A DNA stretch of 64,000 nt from Ruditapes philippinarum (taxonomy: Eukaryota): the NCBI RefSeq assembly GCF_026571515.1, contig NW_026863245.1:1-64000 (forward strand). The letters run 5' to 3'. The position numbers were made by a program, and so were the translations under genes. Below are positions 40,111 to 52,227 of this stretch, piece by piece. The notes below the pieces were generated by a model. The model had not been told where the DNA came from. It searched no databases and saw only the letters and a program-made list of their open reading frames with translations. Positions within the stretch are counted from its first letter, which is position 1. Each line of letters starts with the position of its first letter.

Positions 40111-41082
40111 CTCGCTCTATAAAAATTTATTCATATCGATCATATCTATATTTTAAAGCACTATGCGTTCATTGATTAAAAATGAGCCTAGTACATGTAT
40201 TTTAAAATTGAGAAAAACGTTGTTTGTCTTTTTTTTTAATTTATCTGTAAAATTATTTTTATTACTATTTGCACAGAAAATTAGCTACGACATGGAGTTA
40301 GATATTGTTATATTGTGTTGTGTTATATTGTATCGTTTAACGTTTTCCTAGGGAGGGTGTCGGGAAATAATTGTACTAAATAGATGGTCGGATGAACAGG
40401 CGTTATGTAGTCTATAAAGAAAACAAAATACATATTGAAGAGGACCCCCTATGCCTTATGCCTGGAGTTGTATTCGTATCCACCACCGTCTACGTTGGGT
40501 TTTAAATTATTTATATCTCTTTTTGTCAATTCTTTAATATACATCTAATTACAAGGAAATGGCTGTTTTCTATAAGTAATCAAAAATACGATTCGATGCC
40601 GCCGTTAGCAGAGGTAGTTTTGTACAAAATTGTACCGGCTTCAAGTAAAATTTGGCAAGTTAGCAACTCGACCAAGGACACACCTAATAATATACCGTGT
40701 ATTTAATATACTAGAACAGTATGTTGAATTTGCAGATCCCTACTTTGACCTTTTATTTGAATAACAATAGATTTAACCACAAACATGGACATGGGCTCAT
40801 TTGTTAACAAATATGTTATGGTGAAATTCTTAATGTATCCAATAATCTGATAATAAAAATCAAGACAGGTCAGGGATCTATGCATCCTCGTTTAAGGCAA
40901 ATTATTCGTCCAGGTTGAGGAGTATGTTGAGAGTATTCTTATTTTATAGAAGGTGGTCATTTTTACTGTTATTATTCTAAAGGGGTCACCAGAAGCAATT
41001 TCGAACTGTTTTTATCAAAATTGGGTATATTTTTAGGTAAAGGCCAAATGGTATCCATGGTGATCTGTCAATGCAGACGAAA

Positions 41083-42024
41083 ACTAGAACTGTGTCCAAA
41101 GGACACGGATGTCCCCACTGTGCAGATATGCTCGTAAACAAGAGCATGCATATCTGTATGTAAGATTTTTATGTGGAACTTTTTCATTCCACTGTTTCAT
41201 TTCTGTACATATACCTAAAATGATCTACAGGTAACCTTATGTACATGTTAAATTAAATTACAAATGTAAAATTTATAGTTCAATTATTTTATATGGTATA
41301 TAGTGAAAAAATCAACAAAGGGCCATAATTCAGTTAAATTTGGTCACAGCAAAAATTCCTTCCTTTACTACCATCTACACATTAAAGCTGTTCATCCCTG
41401 GAAGTTTAAGAAAAATCTGCCATCCGGTTTAAGAGGAGTTGCGTTCACAAAATTTCTACATGGTATATAGTGAAAAAATTAACAAAGGGCCATAATTCTG
41501 TCAAATTTGGTCGCAGCAAAAATTCCTTCCTTTACTTCCATCTACACATTAAAGTTGTTCCTCCCTGGAAGTTTAAGCAAAATCTGCCATCCGGTTTAAG
41601 CGGAGTTGGCGTTCACAAAATTTCTATATGGTATATAGTGAAAAAAATCAACAAAGGGCCATAATTCTGTTAAATTTGGTCGCAGCAAAAATTCCTTCCT
41701 TTGCTACTCATCTTCACATTAAGGTTGTTCATCCCTGGAAGTTTAAGCAAAAATCTGCCATCCGGTTTAAGAGGAATTGCGTTCACAAAATTTCTACATA
41801 GTATATAGTGAAAAAATCAACAAAGGGCCATAATTCTGTTAAATTTAGTCGCAGCGAAAATTCCTTCCTTTACTACCATCTACACATTAAGGATGTTCAT
41901 CCCTTGTAAGTTTAAGCAAAAATCTGCCATCCGGTTTAAGAGCAGTTGCGTTCACAAGATTTCGGGACGGACGGACGTAGGGACAAGTTCAACGCTATAT
42001 GCTCCCACTTTGTGGGGGCATAAA
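41083..42024 (+). mobile_element. Helentron/HINE-type element with 4 x ~170-bp tandem units
   Basis: 5' hairpin gtgtccaaaggacac; units starting tggtatatagtgaaaaaatcaacaaagggccataatt near 41295, 41461, 41629, 41800; (ggac)n; 3' hairpin gctcccactttgtgggggc. Confidence 0.75.
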
Positions 42025-43249
42025 CAGCAGATTGCATGCCATACAAAGTTACTTCAATAAATGTATTATTATCTCCTTTATTTACTTTAAACATAACACA
42101 TGTTATACTTAATACTTTATTTCATATAAAAACATCAATTACAGTAATTACTATTACAGGACATGTTGCAAATATCTAAACACACACTTTGATGTCCATC
42201 TATTTAACAAAGAGAATTATATACAAAATGTTTTAAAAATTCAAATCAAAGTTACTAAAATGCCCCGATTAAATTAATTATCTTCACTTATTTTTTTTTT
42301 TCATGATTTCCATAAATTTTTTTATCACATACTAACAATTAAAATCAAAATGATAACATCTTTATCCCTTTACGCTTTGCCAGCTAATTTTCTTACATCG
42401 ACTTGTTCAACTTAAATTTTTGGAACAGCTCATAATCGTTTTTTAGGGATGAAAAAAATTTGGGGCTATTCCCCCTTTGTTTTCAAGAAAAGGGTTATGA
42501 AAAAACAAAAAAACTTAAAAATGCCCTAAATGTTTTCCTAGTTCACAAACCAATCAGAAATAAAATCCCCACTCCAAACCTTCCTAATGAAAAAATTAAG
42601 TAAAAATTTTTAAAAAAAACTATTAATGTTTTTCCCCCAAATTCAATTTAATTAATTTAAATTTTCAACCCCATATTTAATTTTATTGCAAAAACAACTT
42701 TCCCAAAAAAATCTTCCAATTCAAGAAAGATTCACCCATATTCATTTTTTTTCCCCCAGGGTTCATTTAAAATTGGGGTTAAACTTTTAAATTTGACTAA
42801 AAAGAAAGGAATTTTTCCCAAAAAAAGTTTAAAAAATTTAAAATAAAATGCCCCACTTGGGAACGCAATTTAAAAAAAAGAATCTAAAAATAAATTTTTT
42901 AAAATAATTAAACGCTGAAAAAATAAAATTTATCAGCTTTTAATCGGGAAAAAATCAACTTTGCACAGAAAACATCATCAAATCATTCCGTTTTTAAATG
43001 TTTTAAACACGGGATGAAGGGGACACCATTTCCCCCAATTGGGAATATTACACAAACCAAATAATATTAGATGTTTTTTCTCCCATAGATTAGGCCCTAT
43101 ATATATATTGATAAAAAATCTCTTGAAAAATAGGTCATTTTGTAGGGGAAACGGTGTCCAAAAACGTGTAAAGTACAATTGAATGATTGATACCCTTGGG
43201 CTCTTAAATGAGTCTTTCATTTTAAAACTTGTTCCGGAATTTTAAAAAA

Positions 43250-46200
43250 CTTTGAAAAATTTTTCAATAAAAAAGCCCATATCCGCGGACTAGTTGACAA
43301 ACAGTATAATAATGATATTCCAAGTCCTACAGCACCACCTTTACGCAGTCCTTTTAATCCCCCTAGAAGAAGAAACAGAATTTATTTATGTACAAAGGCA
43401 AAAATTTTATTATTTGTGATTTTTAACATTGAAAGCACAATAGAATTGTCATAAAAAAACAACAACATTATCTACTACAGGATTTCAAAGAAATGGTCTT
43501 TTTTCTTAACTAAAAAAAAATTTACGAGCCATAGTTCTGCTATCATATAATGAACAAATCACAAAACACCCCAAAAAATGTGCATGAGGGAAATTAGTAA
43601 CAATAATAGGGAGAAAGTTTGGTTGAAATCAGTTGAGAAAGGAAGGAAGTGAAGAAGGACAAAGAAGAAAATGTTTACATGCACCAACCTTATTACCAGT
43701 TAATTTACACAGGAACAGTTTGGAAAATGTACATGGAAATGTTCCTATAATGCATCATGCATACATCAAAAAAAATTTTATTTTTTTCTATAAATTTTGG
43801 GAAAAAAAAAATAATAAAAAATTTGGGTAATAAAAAACCTACCTGTACATTTATAAAAAAGCCTGTTGTTTTCAGATTAACGGGAAATTAAAGGGGTTTT
43901 TCATATGATTTCCCCAATAATGATAAAGTTGTGTCTTTTGGGAAAACTGACAAAAACGATGAAAAAAAAAAACAAATTTTTGAACATAAACCCAAATTTT
44001 AAAAAGTTTAAACAATTATAAAAAACTAATGCTTTAAAAATTAATTAAAACCCCAAATTCAAAATACTCAATTTTTTTAATGTTTATCTTAAAAACAGAT
44101 TCAATGTAAAAAAAATTACCACGTAAATTTTTTGGGGTAACGGAACCCCGGCCGTTTTTTTCCCCCGTTTCCCCGGGTTTAATTTTTTTTTTTCCCCAAT
44201 AACTTATTTATTATTTTAAACCTTTTTGATGAGATAAGGCGCAGAGTACCCGTAATTATATCAGTTATCCACGATATATCAAAAATTCTGAAAACCCCTG
44301 AATGGTTTTTTTGAGAACATTCGAGTACAGTTTTCTTTTTCATAGCCTGGGCCGAGGGGAAACGGTACACACTAATTTGTCATAACTATAGCAATTTCTA
44401 GCAAGTCATATGTTTTTTGACACTATTTCATAGAAACAATAAAATGTTAAATCTGATATATTTACTATGTCCAATGTATCGAGTGAATGCAGTGATGTTT
44501 TAGCATATTTTCATAAAGTGATGTTGAAATGATACGGAACACACTGTTATTTCAAAAGATACGGTTCAACACAATTTCTGTCTTTGAAACAATTCTAAAT
44601 TAAGATATATAAAAAAAAATTTAATTAATTAAATTATAATGTGAGTGATTTTTCATAGTTATACATTATATTATTTAAAACGAGAACCCTGAGACCTGTT
44701 TGCAAATTATCATTATGCCTACAGTTTTGATGTAAACAGGATTATTCAAAAAATAAAAAGAACATTTTGAAGGTACGTTGCGCAAAATTCGATTTTTTAT
44801 ATGTTGAGCAATTAATATTTGGGTATAAAATGTTAAAATTTTAGGGAGGGATACGGAAGACATTCAAAAATTTTGTTTTGTTTTGATTTTCATTTGAAAC
44901 AATTAGGGTACATTCTTTTGGATTATAAAAAACGAATTGTGTGAAATTCATGGACATCTGTTATGTGCGATTATTATTTCATTTAATTTGTTTGTTCGAA
45001 TATATAAATGACTGTCTAAACGTAGTATGAATATATAAACAAACAAGAAGTTAGAAGTAAGTTGGAAATATATGTTCCTTGCAAAATGTTGTTTAAAAAA
45101 TCAAATTTGGAGAAAAACGCTGGTTTTGATGTAAGTGGATTTTTTAAATCACGGAAAGTTTAAAAAAATTTTCGGCCCACATGATATTTGGTACACTAAT
45201 CATCTGCCAGGGTCCCAAACTAACTGCATGTATCTAAATTATCAAATTATCTACATATGGACAAATATATTTCGCAGTTTTACGTGCAATCAAAATTAAT
45301 AATTTGATAATTTGAAGAACCCATATGGGAACAAGGCCTGTTATATTTCGTAAACGTAGTTTATACAAGGTAACCTTGTTACATATGCATGTAAGGATAT
45401 ACATGTTAGGAAATTTGGTAAAAATTATGCCTATCTTGGACTTTCATTTCAAGATGCATTTAACACTTGATTTCATGGATATGTGTTGCTTTGCTTGTTT
45501 GTGTTAAAATAAAATGATATTTTAATAATACCCATTTTGTCAATCAAATGCTATGGATTTTGGAAGCTGCGTTCTGTTTTATATACTACATGAAGTAGGT
45601 ACGAGACCACAAGTGACTTCGATGTTTCGATTTTTTATGTGAGAAAATTTCTTACTACTGTACAGAATGTCGGTCGTTTATTCAGGTGCCCGTTCGTTCC
45701 TTTATTTATACCCAAAGGGGCACTTGTAAAACTCGAAAGTCGCCACATGATAATGCCAGTTTTATGAGCCGTGAAACCAAACCAAAAATTACATAATTAC
45801 ATGAATTAAAAGTTATTTTTAAAGCTTCATGCCTTTAAACATTAAAAATTTAAGCAATGGCGACTACATTTTTATTTGTTTGGGTCGTCAGACCAAACAA
45901 ATAATGGTAGCGAAATTTCAGGCTCTGATATGCTTATTTGCAAAATAAGTAAGTAGTCCGAACCCCTGGAAGCGGTTACTTACCTTTATATGTATTCTAA
46001 TGCTGAAAAAATAAGGGGGGATCACTGTGTTAAGATTTTCAAATGATGGGCGCATTAATTTTCAAGCCTTCTCGGGATAAGAAAAAGTAGTTCCCGATTG
46101 GTCAAAGATTTCAAATATTGTGTAATTCTTTACAGATATACATGTAATATTAAGCTCCATGATTATTTACATCAGTGTCAAACGGAATTAATAAGGGTTA

Positions 46201-49200
46201 CAAACCCTAATTAAGAATGATATGATTTTCTTCAGGCTGTTATCTTATAACTTCCCCGTGGTCGAGGGGTTACACGCTCGTTTAGGAAGAGAGATGTCCT
46301 GAGTTCAAATCCAAGTTAAGGCAACTCATGTTTTTTTTGTTTGTTTTTTTAATTGTTTAAGCCAAATAAACAATGAATTACATAATCAGTGTTGCAATAA
46401 GCCTTATAGCCAATTTACTAACAGTTTATGACACTAGAAACAACATTGGTGGCACTTTAATAAAACAAATTGGTTTACAATCTCACAGCCTTCACCTTTC
46501 TGACATTCTTAGACCCAAACAAATTCAGCGCCTTCTGTGATTTGATTTAATTAAACATGACCATGATATTGCAAAATTGTACCTAAGGACTTGCTTATTA
46601 TTAACAAAATATAAATATATATAAATTTGTTATCAAGTAATGATACTTTTCAGCGATTTAGGTCATGCCCTTGTTTTATTTTTTCAGGATGAAAAGCAAA
46701 AAAGACATTCTTACTTCACTTAAACTAAAAGAAATAAAAAACAAAAATAAACATCAATAAACAACAGGCATTATATAACAACATTTTCTTTCTATAGAAC
46801 CAACTACCTGATCTGTGAAGATCGAAGTGTTTTAACATACCCTAGGTGATTGTAAATAGGACAATTACATGGAGGTTGTAAATGTTAAGCGTGATCTCTT
46901 GAAATAAAGTGCACAAATACATATAAACATTAAAAGTAAGCATTATGATACATTGCAAAACAGGTCCCTGGGTTCTCGTTTAAATTAATAAAATGTATAA
47001 CTATGACAAGAGGGCCATGATGGCCCTGAGGTCGCTCACCTGTATATACCCCCCCCCCCCCCCCGGGCCAATTTTTACCCAAGGGCTTTTATTTGAACAG
47101 ACTTGGTAGACACCCATAAGAAGATGTTTCATGCTAAACATCTAAGTTCTAGCTCATTGGGTTTTTTAAAAGAAGATTTTTTAAGTTTTTACTATACACA
47201 TATAGTTAAAAACAATGACACCCCTGGGGGCAGGGCCAGTTTTTTGACCCCCGGGCTTTTTTATTTGAACAAACTTTGTAGATATTTATTTTAAAAATGT
47301 TTCATGTATAATATCTAAACTCAAGCTATTTGGGTTTTTTCAAAGAAGATTCTTAAGTTTTTTGCTATACACATATAAGGAAAATCAATTGGACCCCCCG
47401 GGGCGGGCCAGTTTTTGACCCCAGGGCTTTTTATTTTGAACATACTTGGTAGACAACCCATTAGAACATGTTTCATGCTAAATATCTTAGCTCTAGCTCT
47501 TTGAGTTCTTTAAAAGAAGATTTTTTAAGTTTTTACTATATGCATATAGGGAAAATCAATGACCCCCGGGGGGGGCCAATTTTGACCCCAGGGCTTTTAT
47601 TTGAACAAACTTGGTAGACACTCACTAGAAATATTTCATGTCAAATATCTTAGCTCTAGCTCTTTGGGTTCTTTTAAAAGAAGATTTTTTAAGTTTTTAC
47701 TATATGCATATAGGGAAAATCTATGACCCCCTGGGACAGGGCCAATTTTGACCTCAGGGCTTTTATTTGAACAAACTTGGTAGACACTCATTAGAAGATG
47801 TTTCATGCTAAATATCTTAGCTCTAGCTCTTCGGGTGCTTTAAAAGAAGATTTTTTAAGTTTTTTACTATATGCATATAGGGAAAATCAATGACCCCCTA
47901 GGACGGGGCCAATTTTGACCCCAGGGCTTTTATTTGAACAAACTTGGTAGACATTCACTAGAAGATGTTTCATGCCAAATATCTAAGCTCTAGCTTTTAC
48001 AAGTTCTTTAAAAGAAGATTTTTTAAGTTTTTTACTATATGCATATAGGGAAAATTCAATGACCCCCCGGGGCCGGGGCCAATTTTGACCCAGGGCTTTT
48101 ATTTGAACAAACTTGGTAGACACTCACTAGAAGATGTTTCATGCCAAATATCTTAGCTCTAGCTCTTTGGGGTTCTTTTAAAAGAAGATTTTTTTAAGTT
48201 TTTACTATATATGCATATAGGGAAAATCAATGACCCCTGGGCCGGGCCAATTTTGACCCTAGGGCTTTTATTTGAAATAAACTTGGTAGACACTCATTAG
48301 AAGATGTTTCATGCCAAATATCTAAGCTCTAGCTCTTACAGTTCTTTAAAAGAAGATATTTAAAGATTTTTCTTTCGGTTGCCATGGCAACCAGAGTTCT
48401 GCATGAAATGGAATTCTTTGAACAATCTTGATAGAGCTTCATACAAAGAGTATTCCTGCCAAGTTTCATTAACATTGGCCTTGCGGTATCATAGAAGATG
48501 TCCTTAGAATATTTAAAATGTGGACGGACGACAGACGACGGACGCCATTTGGTTGGCCATCCTAAAAGCTCACCTGCACTTTGTGCAAGGTGAGCTAAAA
48601 AAAATCACTCACATTATAATTGAAATTAAATTTTAATATATTTTATTTTAGAATTATTACAAAGACAGAAATTGTGTGTGTACCGTATCTTTTGAAATAA
48701 CAGTGTGTTCCGTACCATTTCAACATCACTTTATGAAAATATGCTAAAACATCACTGCATTCACTCGATACATTGGACATAGTAAATATATCAGATTTAA
48801 CGTGTATTTTTCTATGAAATAGTGTCAAAAAACATATGACTTGCTAGAAATTGCTAGTTATGACAAATGAGTGTGTACCGTTCCCCTCGGTCCAGGCTAT
48901 GAAAAGAAAACTGTACTCGAATGTTCTCAAAAACCATTCAGGGGTTTTCAGAATGTTGATATATCGTGGATAACTGATATAATTACGGGTACTCTGCGCC
49001 TTATCTCATCAAAATCGGTTGAGTAATAAATAAGTTGTGAATAAAAAACATACCTGAATCGGGTGAAAAATCGGCGTGTTCCGTACCCGAAAAGTCACGT
49101 GGTATGGCCACATTGAGATTCTGAGACTTTTCTTTCAGGTCAGAAATAGGTTTTTTTAGAAATGGGCTGTTTATAAAATTGGCTTATATTGCGAATACAG

Positions 49201-52192
49201 AGCATAACACAATGTCCTGACTTATACAATTAGTTGCATAATGCCAGCAGAGAGTAAGATACCTATCAGCTCAAGTAAGACTGACTCATTAAGCAGCCTC
49301 CCAGCAAACACTAGCTAATACATTTATGTTTATTTTGTTTTAAAAAAATCTAAATTCAAAAGTATTTCAAATCAGCATTCATTAATATAAGCATACAATG
49401 AAATCAAGGTCTATTTAATTATCATTTACCAATTAAACTTCTGATTTTATGTAATAGAATTGCTCTTCTTTAAATCAAGTCCTACCTATTGTTCATTTAC
49501 ATTTTCAATATAAAAATACCAAGTAGCCAACAGACTTAAGTATGCTGGTTAGACATTATCATAACCCTTAACCTGCCGAATTTCTTAGACTTTTCCAGCG
49601 TCAATTTTCAGAATTGTACTATGCAGTTTTTTGTCATATCAATATAATAAGTTTTAGTTGGTTTAAACATATTTATTTAAGCTCGATTGCAAAACAAATT
49701 CTTGCAACTTATATTAATCACTTTCAAGTCAGCTTCCTGGAACCAACCAGTTCTGGTGTCATTTGAAGAAAAATGGTCGTGACACGAGTAGGGCTCGAAC
49801 CCATGATCTCTGGGTTGAGAGGCAGACACCTTAACCACTAGGCCACTGCTCTTCTTAAGTTTTAGTCAGCCAATAGTATAACAGGGTTCCCACAAAGAAG
49901 AGAAATCAAAATTCCCTGACTTTTCCATGACTTTTCCCTGACCAAGACCATTTTTTCCCTGACCAATAACAGCGTCAAGTTTTCACAATCTTTAGAGCAT
50001 TGAACATATTTTTTTATAAATTGCTGGCCTCCTCTTCCCTATATAAGCCAACCTCTTTCCTCTCATTCTTTATTTTGAATTATTTCAGATACAGAATACA
50101 TATATATGAATATAAGCATCAATTGTCTTTAGCTACTTGTGTAGTTAACTTTCAATTAGCAGGAGTACATTTATCCAAAATGAAAAGTATTTGATAACAT
50201 ATGTCATGCTCAAATATGTTTCATTCTCAAGCATTTTGTATGGGGAAGGGCCAATATATAAAATATTGCATTTGTGAAAAAATGTTATGTCAATGCATCA
50301 ATATAACAGAAATAGATTCTTTTTTGTTCTATATAATTGAACTTTGCCATGATGCAGTTGTGTCTAGTGAATTTTGGGTCAGCATAAAATATGAAAATAG
50401 ATGTGCAGAGTGTCTAAATGTTAAGATACAAAGGCCATAATAGTGAAATAATTGATAGGTGTTTACTGTATTACATTGCTGTCTTAAACTTTGAAATACA
50501 GTTACATTTTTTTTTTTCTTAAATGCTATTTTTTTTCAATTAAGCATTACCTATTTCTTAGATAGTTAAAATTTAAAGGAAGATTTTTTATTTTATTTTA
50601 CTATATGTAAATAATGAAAATCAATGAATCAGCCAATTTTGAACCCTTGGCTATAATTTTAACAATCTTGGTATAGGTCCATTACACAAATGTTCATGCT
50701 AGATATCTAACCTATAGCCTTTGTCAATTCAGAGAAGAATTTTTTTAGCTTTTTACTAAATGTATAAACATATAAGAAAACCTTTGACCCCTTGAGTGGG
50801 CCAATTTTGACGCTTTGGGCAAAATTTGAGCAACTTTGGTAGAGGACCTATAGATGATATTATATACCAAATATCAAAGCTCTAAGCCTTGTACCTTCAG
50901 ACAGTAAGATATTTTAAGTTTTTACTATATGTGTAAAATGAAAATCAATGACCCAAAGAAAGGGTCGATTGTTAGAGGTCCAATAGACGATGCCTTTTGC
51001 AAAATATCTAAGCCATGAGCCTTGTGGATCTTTAGAAGATTTTTTAAATCTTTTTTTTCTTATAATTTCTTTTTGTTGCCATGACAACCATATTCTTGCA
51101 CAGAATCAAATTCTTTTAACAAATTTGGAAGCCCTTTACCAAAGGAACACTCATGCCAAGTTTTGATAAATTTAGACTAACATTCTAGAAGATTTTTTAC
51201 TTCACTATTAAGTTAAAGTTATTTAAATGACAAGAGATTTCACAAATTTTCAGACATAAGCATATTTTTAGAGTAAGATATTTACAAGAATAAAAAAGAT
51301 TCTCATAATATGATAAATAAATATAACAAGAGCGATCAGTAATCACATGTGTCGCCTCATGATGGCCAATTTCATGTTGGGACAAATTTTGTGACAGACG
51401 GACAGACAGACGGACAGTGCACAACTAGACTAACCACTTTGTACTGATCATTCCTGTAAAATTTGGATAAAATTGCACCAGTAGTTTATGAGTAGTCCGG
51501 ACAAGCTTTTGCGTATCTGGCAACACACAGAAAAAAACACCTTTTTATCAAAGGGCCATAACTCGGCCAAAAATCATTCAACCGGAAAACCCGTGCAATA
51601 TGCGCAAGGACTTGAGCTACAGATCAATCCTGTAAAGTTTCATTGAAATTGCATAAGTGGTATAAGAGAAGTAGTCTGGACAAACTTTAAAAATAAAAAT
51701 TATTAAAGGGCCATAACTCAAACAAAAATCATTGAACCGGAAAATGCTGATAATATGCACAACTAGACTTGGTACTGATCATTCCTGTAAAGTTTGGATG
51801 AAATTGCACCAGTAGTTTATGAGGAGTAGTCCGGACAAGCTTTTGTGTATCTGGCAACACACAGAAAAAGAAACCTTTTTATCAAAGGGCCATAACTCGG
51901 CCAAAAATCATTCAACCGGAAAACCCGTGCAATATGCGCAAGGACTTTAGCTACAGGTCAATCCTGTAAAGTTTCATTGAAATTGCATTAGTGGTATAAG
52001 AGAAGTAGTCCGGACAAACTTTAAAATTAAAAATTATTAAAGGGCCATAACTCTGACAAAAATCATTGAACCGGAAAATCCTGACAATATGCACAACTAG
52101 ACTTGGTACTGATCATTCCTGTAAAGTTTGGATGAAATTGTACCAGTAGTTTATGAGGAGTAGTCCGGACAAGTTTTGTGACGGACGGATGG

Positions 52193-52227
<35 letters not shown>

